From Dicyema japonicum (lineage: Eukaryota > Animalia > Dicyemida), in contig RDEW01000002.1 in assembly GCA_011109175.1 (NCBI GenBank), forward strand, positions 545,808 through 609,807: 64,000 bases of DNA. The letters are read 5' to 3'. Shown here piece by piece: positions 36,721 through 49,866 of the stretch. Every line of letters starts with the position of its first letter. The first letter of the stretch is position 1. Under the pieces are notes generated by a model. The model did no database searches. It saw only the letters and a program-made list of their open reading frames with translations, and was not told the origin of the DNA. Made by a program: the position numbers and the translations under genes.

Positions 36721-38389
36721 GTAAACAACTCCAACTATTTAGTAGAGCAAGTCAATTATCTTCGAAAACTATTACTAATTGAAGTTATAATTTTCGTATT
36801 TTATTATACATTTAATTTATTAACCAAAATACAATGGAAAATAAGTTAATAATCAACAATTGATCATATTTATCTAGTTCCAACAGGAACAGTTTTCCTA
36901 AGTCCACAAAAAACATCGGAAGTAGAAGAAAACATCTGTTGAGAGAACAGTTGTGAGAACCCCTCAGGGCTTCGCGCCATCATGCAACTGGGCGTCACTT
37001 GATACTCAGTTTTCCGAGAAGATAGAAGTCAATGGAAGAGGTTGGGGCCTTAAGTAAACTGATCAGGAACCATATCCTGGTCAACAACATTTCGGATAAC
37101 ATCTCAGACCTCTTCCCTCAGGACGAAAAACTGGAACAACTAACTCTGAGAATCCGTCTACCCTCTCTCATTTTGATAATCGTTTATATGTACATTTTCT
37201 CTCCATCGTCATTTTCCTGCAACTACCGCACGAACTCAAGTGATTAACCCGAACGGAAAACACGCTAAACGCAGAGTTCTCAATGGTATGCTGACCAACA
37301 ACTGGATCAAAGGAGAGCTCTCATATCCGACAGTTTCGACATTTGATCATTCTCAATAATTTATGTAGGCATACAAGGATCTCATGCTGCAAAATATTCA
37401 CTAAAGTGTGTCGCTTCAACGTCCTTCGTATCCCATTGATCCTGAAAAGCAAGCTCTCATCCAAACGAGAAATAATCTAACGAAAGCCGAAAGACAACAA
37501 GTGTACGTCACTTAAAGGATATCAAAACTAAATAAAGAAGTCATTCGGAACACAACAAAGAACGTTGGGAAGCCGTGCTGAAAAAAACTACATGAATATT
37601 TCTTCTATTGTATTAAGGAAATCGATAAGGAGCTCAAGAAGTGCTCTTCACATTTAATTGTACATCGAGAGTTACATGGATTTTAGTCATAAACCAAATT
37701 AAAAAGACCTTGATCTTCGTTCAGGCCATGTCGAAAGAATAAATGAGTCAACATAACTTCTACGATCCGTCAATGCTGCAGTAATACGAAAAATGAATAA
37801 CTCGTTTCATGCGGTTCAGACGATATCTCCATTCTTGAACTGAAGTACCTGGGTTCATCCGCGATAGTGCCAATAAAAAATTTTAAATCTCTCGATAAAC
37901 TATAACAAGATACTGTTAATATGGAATAATTCACTGATATATCCCATCCTGAAGAAAAACAAACCACCTAACTGCCCGTTATCATAACGATCGGTTTCTA
38001 TCATTCGCGCTTGTCGTTAAAAAGCTGGTACTCTCACGGATCTGCGAAAAACACTTAACAACAACGCATTTAACAAAACTTGTTCAATTCATTTCCGACG
38101 CCCTGAATACTCAGAATAACAAGATAATACATAGGAATTTCGATTTAGTATCCTGGAAGATCTATACCGAAAAAAATTTTACGACGTCGATCCATCCTAA
38201 ACTCATGTTATGGTTGGAAAACTTTATCAGCGGTTGCATAGGCAAAGTGGTGGAGAATAACCAAAAATAAAAACATGATACTTTCCAAATGAAGACCCAC
38301 ACCCTAAACTTATGAAACATTAACATACTTAAGTAAATTATATTATCTAATTTATTGGATAATCATCTAAGATTTTCTAATCATTTATT

Positions 38390-38461
38390 GGTCCCATAGT
38401 GTAGTGGTTATCACATCGGACTCTGAATCCGGTAACCCGAGTTCGAATCTCGGTGGGACCT
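38390..38461 (+). tRNA. tRNA-Gln (CTG)
   Basis: GGTCCCATAGTGTAGTGGTTATCACATCGGACTCTGAATCCGGTAACCCGAGTTCGAATCTCGGTGGGACCT: complete cloverleaf. Confidence 0.97.
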
Positions 38462-38619
38462 TAATTATTTTGTTTTTAATTTAATTATCATAGAGTTTAA
38501 AAATTTTTTAATCAAAAACAATTTATTTACACAGACAATTAATAAAATCCAGCTGATAAGATGGAATGGACAACTGGATCGTCTTGGACATCATCTTGGA
38601 CTTCGTCTTGGTTAGTGAG

Positions 38620-39215
38620 GTCGAGGTATCAGGCCCCATCATAAATCAAGCATTTCCCCAGTGAGAAGAGAAAGACAGTTTCCCCGTCTGGACGCTTTCT
38701 ATCTCCACAATCCAGGCCCACCAGTTCCAGAGATGACTGGAATCCAGCCGCCTCAAGAGAGCGCATCCCAGCTGATGTCGGCATGCATCGGGAACCGGCT
38801 TATGCTGAGATGGCAAGAGACTGGGTCAAGTCAAGCCCGACGCTGAAAAGGCCGAGGGGTCAAAACAGGAAAAGTATGATGTCCTACCCGAGTATTTTTT
38901 GTTCGTTCCGCTTGTGGTTGAAACGTCGAATGGCCGCTGTATGACCTTTTTTTTATTTTATTTTGTTTTTTTAAACAGAATAATTTTTTTTAACAATTAT
39001 ACAAATGTCAGTTGAGGAAGCCTGCTGCGTGGATTGCGAACGAGTTCCCTCGGAGTATGGCTTGGCCAATTTATAGCTAAAATTCCAATCTTTTGTCTTA
39101 GCCATAACCTTTCTCGTTGATCCCTCTTCTTTCTGGTAATCAATTTTCCGAGTTCTCGCAAGAACTCAGCCGTCTTTGGACCAACGGCTCTCGATGATTT
39201 TATTTTGTTTACCAA
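38620..39215 (-). mobile_element. Rearranged CRE-like RLE fragments
   Basis: Minus strand GDRKRPDGETVFLFSLGKCLIYD; a short plus-strand piece FVPLVVETS near 38900-38930; minus strand AVGPKTAEFLRELGKLI...RERLWLRQKI. Confidence 0.7.
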
Positions 39216-39375
39216 TAAATCAAAGAAATATAAACTTACTATGTTTAAGGAAATTTTGAAAGAAAGTGTTGGTCATTCTTTATTATGTATTGAACATGAC
39301 TAAGTCATATTTTGAGAAATCTAAATGAATATTAGATGCATTATTCTCTTTTGTCTAACCATCAGTTTAAAAATA

Positions 39376-40903
39376 CAGTAAAGTCCCTCAGATTGGCCAA
39401 TTTTCAAATTATCAAATTGGCCAATTTATAGCTAAAAGTTCACGTCAGGGGTTCAAAAAAGCAAATTTTCCTAAGAAATTGGCCAACATTATTAAAAAAC
39501 ATAAAATTTATTTTTACTAATTTTTTTCAATTATTTTGTTAAAAAAATAAAAATTTAAAACTAAAAATTTTACCATGTGTTCGAAAACTTCTCGTAATTA
39601 TACAAGGCTTAATTGTTTCCAAAAACTAGAAATTTTGAGATATAAAGATGATAATAATACTACATTGTGCCAAGCAATCGCTCACAGATATTCTGATTTA
39701 TTTAATATTCGAATTTCAAGAAAAACAGTAATAATCTTAATTCCTAATTCCTGAGAGTCCATATTAAAAACATCTAAAAATTATATTCCTTCAACAAAGA
39801 CATGCAAATCATTAACTTTCCTGAACTTGATACAAGGGTTGTTGAATAGATGGATTTGATGGAATCTAGGGGTAATTTTAATTTGATTATGTTAGGTGCT
39901 ATGTTAAATGATCCACTAATATCAAATAAAGCACAAAATATTGGTGAAAAGTTATAAATTAATGATTTCAAGAATTCAAAAGGATTTCTAACACGATTCA
40001 AAAAAAGACATGGTTTTCGAATGCATAAATTACATGGGGGAATGATAACTGACAAACAACCTGACTTAGAAGGATTTGTAGATCACTTTGAAGAAATTTT
40101 TAAACCTTATAAAGAAGACGAAATTTACAATATGGATGAGACAGGGCTCTATTAAAAACTGATTTCGTCCAAGAGCATATGCAAAACACGATTTGGTGGA
40201 TATAAAAATTTCAAAGATCGGGTTTCAATTATGTTATGTACAAATATTAAATTATTATCACTCTAATAGAGCATGGGTGACCAGTTTTATTTTTAATCAT
40301 TGGTTAATAACATTGGATAATGAATTGTTCCATCAAAAAAATTTTTTGTTATTAATGGACAATTGTCCTGCACGTTGTATAAAATCCAAATTGAAGAACA
40401 TTCAGATATTAATTTTTCCTAAAAATAGTACAGCCTTTATACAACCTATTGATATTGGAATCATTAAAACATTCAAAGCTCATTTTAATAGACATAAGTT
40501 GTTATATCTAACACAAATATTGGAAAACAAAAACATTTCAGTTTATGAATATTATAAAAAGTTAAGTTTGAAAGACACGGTTTTTTAGTACGGATGGAAT
40601 GGGAAGATGTATCAATTGAAACAAGTTTCAATAAATTGCGTAAACAAGACATCGAGGTCATTCCAATTGATTGGATCAATAATATTACTGAAATTTTTAG
40701 GAAAACTGGCACTACATCTGATTGAACAATAAATAATATCGAAAATGAAAATGATGTAAAAATGATTTCTGCTATTAGAAGATACACTCAAAATAAAAAA
40801 AATTTTTTTACAATGGTTTTTTAAATAAATTTTTTTTTCAAATTCCCAAATTAGCCAAAAATAGTCCAGGAACAATTTTGGGCTAATTTAAGAAACTTTG
40901 CTG
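39376..40903 (+). mobile_element. pogo/Tigger DNA transposon with TIRs, TA TSD and degenerate HTH-CENPB + DDE_1 transposase
   Basis: TIRs match at 17/23 (all mismatches transitions) and are TA-flanked; FKNSKGFLTRFKKRHG, IYNMDETG, KDRVS, LLLMDNCP, FPKNSTAFIQPIDIGIIKTFKAHF. Confidence 0.9.
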
Positions 40904-41319
40904 TAGTTTAGGAAATAGATCTCACATGATGCGTCACATATGACATTGATTTTTATTAAAATTATTATATAAAATATTATTAGTCTGTTAAATATTTATC
41001 ATAACTGTTGAAAATCATTCTTTTCCTATTAAAGTATGGAAACAGGCATTAATACGGCCGACCTTATCCGACAAAATGGAAAGGGATTTGCCACCCTGTG
41101 CAGGCAGTGCAACTCTCAACAATATACAGCTACGACGTGTCTTATGAGAAGGGTATACATCACCCCTCTCCAATTCCTATTCCGCCCACAGAGAAATTGT
41201 GTTGGATCCTAGAAGGAGCACAAGGAGAAAATGAGAAATCTGATTGAAGCCTTCGAGATCACTTAATTAATTTAGTAATTAAATTAACTATTGGTGTTCT
41301 TGGGTTAATAATAATACTA

Positions 41320-42400
41320 AAACCAGGAAGACCGAGAAATGACCCAGCGTATTTTAGAGCGGTGTCACTACTATGTTCCATGTCAAAAATCTTGAGAAGG
41401 CTTGTGTTTGGGAGAATTAAAGAATTTTTACCCGAGAGGCCTTTTCAACATGGATTCAAAAATGAGAGATCCACGTCTACATACTTGCAAACATTGACCG
41501 ACTTCATTCGAGTCAGATTCACAACCAAGCCGAGACACTTTAAAACAGTGTTCTGCTCGATTGACATACATAAAGATTTCGACTTAGTCTCGAGTAAGAT
41601 TCTATCGAGAAAAATATTTCAATCGGAGATCCCAGGGAAGCTAATGCTTTGGATCACTAACTACTTAAGTGGACGAAGGGGACGTGTTTGCCTCGGAGGT
41701 CTGAAATCAATCTCACGACTCCTCCCCAACGGAGTCCCTCAAGGATCTCCTTTATCCCCTGCTCTGTTTAACCTCTTTCTGGCTGATCTCCCGACTCTTG
41801 AATCTGGTAATGATGTTCTACTTTCCTATGGATGTGATATTGCGTTGGCTTCGCGAGATCAGGACATCCAGAAGGCCACAGAAAGAATACAAATTAACCT
41901 GGACAGGCTTAATGCCTGGATAATGGAAAACCGGCTCGTGGTGAATGCAGAGTAGTCGTCTACGTCACTATTTACCTCTGACAAAAGATTGGAAAGGAAG
42001 ACAGTCACCTTGAAGTTAAACAAGGTCGGCATCCCTTTCAATAGATGTCAAAGGATTTGGGTGTGACAATTGATATGCATCTCTGTTTGACATCACACGT
42101 AGAAAACATTCTATTGAAATGTGAAAAAAAAACTGAACGTATTAAAATGTTTATCGGGAATATGAAAGAGTGGAACTCATCCAGTCTTGATGAACGTGTA
42201 CAAACAGTACATCGAGCCATGTTTCTCGTATGCATGCGCCTCGTGGAGACCGTCCATATCTTGGACAAATATGAGGAAAATTGAGGAAATGCAAAAGAGG
42301 GCCTACAGAGTAACGGAGCGTTGGATTTGTGAAAATCACCGAACCGGATTTACGCTTCTGGAGGCCCTATGAGACTAGACTCCAGATCATGGAAGGCCCA
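41320..42400 (+). mobile_element. Jockey/I-like LINE RT region, degenerate; same family as 14313-16160
   Basis: KPGRPRNDPAYFRAVSLLCSMSKIL, FQHGFK, GVPQGSPLSPALFN; YGCD in place of YADD. Confidence 0.85.
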
Positions 42401-43494
42401 TGATTTAAGATTCCTGTTTCTTTCTTCTCTTCCCTCTTCTAATAGAGTGGCGGCATGTAATCTACCTGTCTCTGTTGGCGCCAACCAGAGTGGCACGAAA
42501 AAGGAACACTCTCCCACTCCACTGCAGAGATTCCCTGCAAAAAATGAAGATGCTTAAATTTATATGGTTCTGGATGGAATTTTGTGGCATTAAAATATTA
42601 TATTTCTAAATGAAATTTATCGATTGAATGTCTAAAGTAAAAATTAATAGCTTATTCATCCCATATAGTTTTTTACTTACTAAGTTTTCTCAATATTTGT
42701 ACACGGTTGGATTTGAACCAGGATCTGACGTTCTTTGGTTTGGAACTTCGGCTATTAGAGATCTCTTGTTTTGTCTGCGGACACGAAAAGTACAATTACA
42801 TACACCTGAAGATATGTAGAAATTCTTGCAATAGTCGTCACATCAACCTTCCAACCGATTAACTAATTTATCAATTTCTGTAAAATTAATTATCATGCAT
42901 TAATCACTAAAATGAAGTCTACATAAAAAAAACTCTCTGTGAAAGGAGCAACCACTTCATGGTCTTTCCAAGTGAAAGGACACACAATTCAAAACCCACG
43001 TACATCTACTAATGACATGAGCAGAAATGACTCCATGAAATCATATGAAATGCATTATACGAAAGTCAGGAATCTCCTAATACTGTGTTTTCCTAATAGA
43101 TATTGGTGATTCTCGTTGTAAATGTTATACTCTATAAAGAGATTCGATGTACATATTAGTTTCGATTAATTGACCATTAATAATCACGTAGAGGATTTTG
43201 GTCTACATATGATTTGTTTAATTATTTACGGTATTTCCATGAATTTGATATATTGTCACTGGTAGTATTTTTAAGAGTCGCAATTTCAATATCATCGAAA
43301 AGTGAGTACCATCAAGGACTGCCTAGGCCTATGTGAGTTAAATTATATGATCTTAAGAAGATATAGATACAATTTTTTTTTATTTAATAAAAAAAATTAT
43401 TCCAAAGTCCAGGATAAACCAAACTAATTCTGAGGCTTCCAACAATTCTAAACTCTTTTATTTTTAGTTAATTGTTTTATTTAGTAAAGAAAAG

Positions 43495-43590
43495 AGTAAA
43501 TGGTCAATATAGCGGCTGCCCTAACTGCGTGACTATTCCTCTCTCAGAATGGCAGCGAGATTCGCTTAAATAACCAGCAGCGCTCACGAG
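43495..43590 (-). mobile_element. CRE-like extreme 3' fragment
   Basis: Near-identical to 20645-20735 (ERCWLFKRIS). Confidence 0.65.
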
Positions 43591-43889
43591 GGTTTTAGTT
43601 AATTATTTTAATGAAAAATACAGTAAACCCTCATCAATCCCAACAAAAAAAATTTCCATATTAATGAAGGGCGGATTCGAAAATTGTCCATAGGAAATTC
43701 TAAATTTTATTATATTGCCAAAAAGTAAGGCAAATTGGATCCTTATTACAATTTCAATAAACAAAGAGTATAAATTATTAGAATAAAAATGTAAAAAATA
43801 TTTAAAATCAAAAAATTATATTCTATTTAATCAAGTCATAAATCGTTGTTTGTCTATTATTCTTTTTAACACTTCTAATTTCTTTATTA

Positions 43890-45601
43890 TGTCACATGGG
43901 CCAAGCGTTACCTATGGGCAGCCTGTTACATTAACCTTGAACCAAGATTAACTTCAATTAATTTTATAAATGATTTATTAACCCAAAAAATTAAATTTAA
44001 GTAACTTTTTTAGTCTACTCATTAATACAGTCGATATTTCTCCTTTCGAATTTTTTATCTATCAAATTAAACTATTTAAAACTACCTCCACGCGATTATT
44101 CGATAAAATATTAATTATTTCTGCAACTGGATAATACTGAGACTCAAAACTTATCCAGTCGCAATGAGGGATTTGTTCCAAAGTCCTTTTTAGCCCGAAC
44201 CTATTTATTAATGTTTTTGATTCATACTTTATCTCCCATGTTAAAAGTATATTTACTATTATGAACATTCATTTTCCTGTTCATAGCTTTGTAATAATTC
44301 GAATTTTCTTCAATCGAATTAATTTCGAAATTGATTCTCTTCGCATTCGGACACAAATTATCTGACTGGGAATTATCTAGATATAAATTTTTAAATCAAA
44401 CTACGTGAATTTTCAATAGATTCTGGAGTCGAACAATTAACCAAATCGTCAATTTGTTCTGGAATCGCACACTTATCACTTAAATTATTTAAGTCCTTGT
44501 GCTCGTGAATTGTTAGGCCTTCCGTGAATTTGCTTAATGTTAAAATCTTCGCAAAGTTTTGTTATTTCTGATTTTTTAAATTCAGAACCATGTCCGACTG
44601 AAGAAATTTACATGGCCATTCAGGCGGAACGAAGATCTAAGTTTTCACATACTCCTTTACTAGAATTATTATAGAGTGGTCGTACAAAAGCGAATCTATA
44701 AATTAAAAAAAAACCAACATACTATATATGTCAATGACCGCTAAAATTCATTTGAAATTTTCATTTAATGTTGAAAATTTTTTCAGGTCTATTAGATCTA
44801 CCTGAAGACGTTCATTTGGAGAAGAAGCAAATACATGGTGTCTCCAATCTACAATTATAAAAAATCACGAACTTTTAAAGGACGCGAAAATTTACAGACC
44901 AATAATTTCGAATGACTTTTCTGATAATCTCATTCTTTACAGTGAAGTATCTTTGTCTACATTCTACTCAATTTTATTTACTCCTTCGTGTGAAAACTCG
45001 TCAACAATTTCGCAACATGCTCCATTTCGGTTTATTATCCAGGGATATGACTAACTTGGAATCAGTTGATTTAAGATACAGTCTAAAAATTATTGCAATT
45101 TACAATACCTGTTATTGATAATAGAAAAATTCTCTATCTTCTTTACAAGCCTATATTTTCGGGTGCCTCGGAAGATTTTCGGGAAATTTATCATGCAAAG
45201 CATTTTTTAAAGTTTGATATTCAACGCAATCTTTCACAAAACCCTTGTAAGAAGCCATTGCAACAAAATAAATCTTCCATGCTATAAATCACGCTAGAAA
45301 TTTAAGTTTGGCGCTATAAAAATAAAATCTTTATAATCATAACATTTATGAATAAAAAACTAATTTAACAGGATTAAATCACGATATAAATCGGATATAT
45401 AAATTAAATGTCGGATAATCTAATGAGGGACTCAATTTCACCTTTGTCGGTCTGGGATTACTTAGTTAGATGAGAACTTTTATTTCTTTCTTTTGACCCA
45501 GTGATCCTGGGGTAATAATAATAATGTCGATAATCAAAGACCTTTTCAAGGTCGAAAAAATGTAACAGGCTGCCCATGCGTTACGCGCCGCCCATGTGAC
45601 A
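43890..45601 (-). mobile_element. Ginger2/Tdd-like DNA transposon: 41-bp TIRs, 5-bp TSD, decayed Gypsy-type integrase
   Basis: TIRs 43890-43930 and 45561-45601 (35/41, TGT...ACA), flanked by tatta on both sides. Minus strand encodes HEGVNKIE..RQRYF (Zn-binding), PNERLQVDLIDL, LQSD.GSEFK..ITKLCEDFNIKQIHGRP...AQG. Confidence 0.8.
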
Positions 45602-46203
45602 TATTATATTTAAATTTTTCAATGTTCCAATTCTATCATTTCTGAATTTTGTACTTTCTTCTATAATGTTTACTGTATTTAATAATTGTATTAGTCAAAA
45701 TTTTCAATCGTTCTCTTCACTTTCAATATCAATAATTTCTTCGTCGATATATAATAATAAAAAGGTACCTATTTCGTTCTCGTCAAACTTTTAAAAATGC
45801 ATCGGGATCACGTGATAATTAGTTTTGTTTTACCGTGGTCTGGGTTAAATAATAAAAAATAAAAACTTTTAGTTTAAGATTAAATCTAAATTTAAATCTG
45901 GGTAGTCAAGCTTTAATAAATTCAATATCATTGATTCCAAGTTTTTCGTCAAATACGAAGATTGTTTGTCACTCGGAATATAGAAAAACTCCATAAATAT
46001 AGCAGCGAGGCGTTATTTCGATTATGAGATACCAACTAAACCATCATTTAAAAATTAATATAATTAATTTTCCTCGTTCGCAATCCACAACAGCAGGCTT
46101 CCTCAACTGCATTTGTTTAATTGTTAAAAAAAATTTTTTTTTTTTAAAAAAAAATTAATTTTATTAATATTAAATTTTATAAAAATAAATTTCAAAAATA
46201 CGT

Positions 46204-46693
46204 ATGAAAATTATATTCTTATGGGTCGTGATGAATTTTATCAATTCTAATTATTATAGCATTTTGGTGTAGAAAAAAGAAGCCAAAAATGATCAAATCA
46301 AAGTCAGCATTCCGTAAGCTAGCATTAAAAAAGCATCCGATAAAGTGAGTGCTGAAAATAGAAAAAAGGCCGAGGATGAGTTTAGCGAAATAGCAGAAGG
46401 TACATAATATTATCTCAATGCAGCCTACGAAGTTTTGTCGAATCCAGAGAAGAGACGAATGTATGATATTCACGGGCAGACTGACTTTGTTAATAATTCT
46501 CCCTTCTATTCATCTCCGTTTGATGATGTTTTCAGTTCATTCTTTGATGATTCATTTTTCGGTGATATGTTCAACAGCCATCATCACTCTTATGCTCGTA
46601 TTCTCGGATTTAATTATAGATAATCAGGATAATTGTCGTACGGAGACTATAAGAGTAGGCAACACCGTCACAAGTACTACTATATGCTCTTAA
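46204..46693 (+). CDS. DNAJB9: DnaJ homolog subfamily B member 9 (ERdj4); four single-base indels in exon 1 (sequencing error or pseudogene)
   Basis: Signal peptide, NYYSIL(GV), SAFRKLALKKH(P)DK, EIAEAYEVLSNPEKRRMYD, G/F-rich region, and end CRTETIRVGNTVTSTTICS (cf. human CRTVTQRRGNMVTTYTDCS); introns 46400-423 and 46598-619. Confidence 0.85.
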
Positions 46694-48029
46694 TTATTAT
46701 TGAGTGATAAATTATAGTATATTTTCTTGATTTTTATCTATTATTTATTTTAAACTTTTGTAAGCATGGGTTTTTTTTATTCACTGTACTATTTTTCTTA
46801 GTATCCAAATGGATTTTCTAAGAAAAAATCCTCATGGGGAAGGAGGGGAGGGTCTTTTAAGTAATTAGTTTAAACGGAGGTTTACACATCCACTAACCTA
46901 CCTGGTTGCCTTCCGACAAGCTTAATCAAGGCGGACGGCAACTTATGAAATATAATGAAATTTGGTTATTTTAAAAAACAGTGGTATAAACGTGTAAAGT
47001 GATTCACATAGGAGCGAGAACCGAGCGTTATAACTTTTCTTCTATATCTTTCCCATCTTAGAGACGTATGTGAATCCTTCACAAATTGCCTAATTGCTAC
47101 CGACAAAAATTTATTTCCACATGGGTTTTTCACGAATTGTAGCATTATCTGTTCGAAAGCTCTGGAGGATTAAGTTGATATGTTCCGGCAAAAAGAAGAG
47201 TTGGATCGCTGAAAAAAATATGATCTTATTCAAAAATACTGTTTCATGACGAATTCAAGGCAGAATAAGAAATTGTTGATTGAGAGTGTCAACTTCAAAC
47301 AAGAAATGGTTGTTAATTATGTGATTCTAACTCAATTGAACGGTGAGCTGCATGATAAGAATTATCTAATATGGTGTGTATTACTTTCAAGCTGTTCTGC
47401 ATCGAAAATTGGTTCTCACCCGGTCTTGATGAGCGTGAAAAAACAGTAGTACATCGAGCCACGTTTCTCAAATGCATGCTGCTCTTGGGGACCTCCATAT
47501 CTTGAAAAATATGAGGAAGATCAAGAAAATGTAAAGAGGGCTTTCAGATTAACGGAACCTTGGATTTTGGAGATCTCAGACCGACGCCGCTGGATGATCT
47601 TATGAGACTAGATTCTATATTATGGGGATACGGCCACGTAAAATAAGCCATCCTGTACTATGAGGTCGCTGTTGGAATGCATCCTGATCACGTGATAATT
47701 AGTTTGGTTTTACCTTGGTCTTGGACTGTTAAATGAACAAAATAATTCTAATATTCTTCGTTCTACAATGCCTAAATCTATGAATTTTCCATTTACAATT
47801 TACCCTCCTATTTCTACAGATATGTGTCTAACTTTATCATTAAATATTTTAAATAAATAATTAGGCTCGATCGCCGCTTTTAATATTCTTGTGGATGGCA
47901 ATCGGCCCTGAAGGCAATAGTGTCATTTAGAGTGTCATTTCCCGAACTCCGCCTTGTCTGCCGCGTCTCAAGGTGAGTATTTCGCCGTCAGAAAAGGTTT
48001 GCACACATATGGCGTCCCAAAAGAGTGAT

Positions 48030-48700
48030 TTACCATGAGAGTGTGATAATAATGACATCCCATCTAGCCTCTTCCCATTGTCTCTGTCCAAGCCTAAAAT
48101 TCCAGTTGAATCGGAAACACTGCACTCTTAGGCCCGATAATCTTTTTGGTAAAGATGACCATTCTATTGGGATTAAAAATCCTGCTCCTGTTGCAGGTGT
48201 GTAAGCGAACGTTCCTTTATGAGTGGAAAATTGGGAATTGAATAGTTTTCTTACTGGGAAACTTTCGGGAAAGCTAACATCTACGGTTTGTAAAAAGGGA
48301 GTCAAATTACCATTAGTGAAAGTCGTAATGTCTGACAGACGAGAAGCTCAGCTCAATCTCTTGTTAGATTGGGGGTAAATATTGGTATTTCTGTCATAAG
48401 TGCCGAGTGGTATAGGAAACCAGATATCTAATGTTACAGATGACAAAATTTCAGACACATAACTCGTCTGTGTAAAGGTCGAGCTAAGTAATTGCTGTGT
48501 TCAGGTCCCCACTCTAAGGAAGAATGTAAAGTTTGTGTGACTGAAGTAAAAAGATGTGTGAACTGTGGTTCTATAGATCATTTAGCTAATAATTGAAATT
48601 TCTCAGTGGCAATCGAAGCCAGAAGACGTAAGAAAACAAAATATTTATGAAAAATGATTAAAAACTGTCCCTGAAAAGGAGAATTACAAAAATGGTGAAA
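48030..48700 (+). mobile_element. Decayed LINE ORF1 (gag-like, three CCHC knuckles)
   Basis: CYR*QNFRHITRLC..K*LLCSGPHSKEEC...RCVNCGSIDH. Confidence 0.7.
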
Positions 48701-49404
48701 TAAGTCCCGGTCAGAATGTACTGTCTGGTAGTGGAAAAAGTTGATGGAGAAATGGTTAAAATTAGCATACAGACAAGTGGGTTAATGAGTAGTGCGTCTG
48801 ATTATATTGTTAATAGTGATAGAATTTCTTGTGTTAATGTCTGTAGTCGGTTGGAGGAAAGAATGATGAATTGTGTCAAAAACAAGAAAGATACCAGTTT
48901 ATTCTTGGTCTGGTGATGTTCTTAAAATAAGAAATTATCCATTTGTTAAGTCTGAATCAACCAAGATCAACATGGCTAATGAAAGCAGGCTTAAAGCTGA
49001 TTGTTCTTATCAGCAAAGTATGTATGAATGTCCTATTAATTAATGTAACAAAAATGAAGAAAACGGGAATAATAAATATTCTTGGTTATAGTTCTGTTGA
49101 CACTCCATATGAAATTGGGGGTAGATTGGAAATATTTATTATGCCGAAAAATCTGTTATTTTTGTGATTTAAAATACATGGAAGATGATATAATGAGTGA
49201 TCATCTTCCTCAAAAATAGAGTTAACGGGCATGAATGTTCTTATGCATGAGTTGTTTAAACTGTGCTAATCCTGATGGGGGTTCCTGTTTATCAATAGCG
49301 AACTTGTAAAAAATAGGAAAAACTCATATCGTGTCCTATAAACAATTACCAATTGTCGAAAAACCTCGCCAGCTAACCACCTACACTCGGAATTCAAAAA
49401 TTCC

Positions 49405-49490
49405 ATGCCTACTTTCCTCCTACGGTTTGTCATGAAATTTTTGATTAATGCCTACTTTCCTCCTACGGTTTGTCATGAAATCTTTGATTA
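49405..49490 (+). repeat. 43-bp tandem duplication
   Basis: atgcctactttcctcctacggtttgtcatgaaat.tttgatta occurs twice. Confidence 0.9.
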
Positions 49491-49866
49491 ATCTTAATAA
49501 AATTGGGTTTCTTCCCATATCTTAAGAGGGATTCAAGATATTATCCGACTTCCTGCCAAGGGGATGTCATGGATACTGCCATTTAAGATTATGTCAAGTG
49601 ATCGACGCAAAGTTTAGTGTTTTCCATAAAAGCAACATAGGCGTCCGTTTCGGGTATCGCAATAAGAATCTGAAACATCGGTTCTGTTTGACCTCAAATT
49701 TGATCTGCACCAATAGCGAGAGTGGCAAGAGCGGAGCGAAAGTGGAAAGATTAAAAATATTAACATTTTATCACTTAAACATTCGCACCTGTTTTTAAAA
49801 ATATTAAAATATTTATTTTTTATAAATCTATTAAATAATTCAAATTTGCTATCACCATAAACAACA

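Noticed and set aside
38462-38620. tRNA-targeted insertion downstream of tRNA-Gln
   Set aside because: The same end motif (ttttttaatcaaaaacaatttatt...atggaatgg) occurs at about 10681-10745 with no tRNA nearby, and none was seen beside tRNA-iMet.
42690-42790. Third tRNA or SINE head (minus-strand ggttcaaatcc)
   Set aside because: B-box-like only; no cloverleaf and no homology to the SINE body.
46895-48030. Hairpins near 46900-46940 and 47945-47980 as HDV-like ribozyme or snRNA
   Set aside because: Simple stems only; no nested pseudoknot and no Sm-site or snRNA signature.
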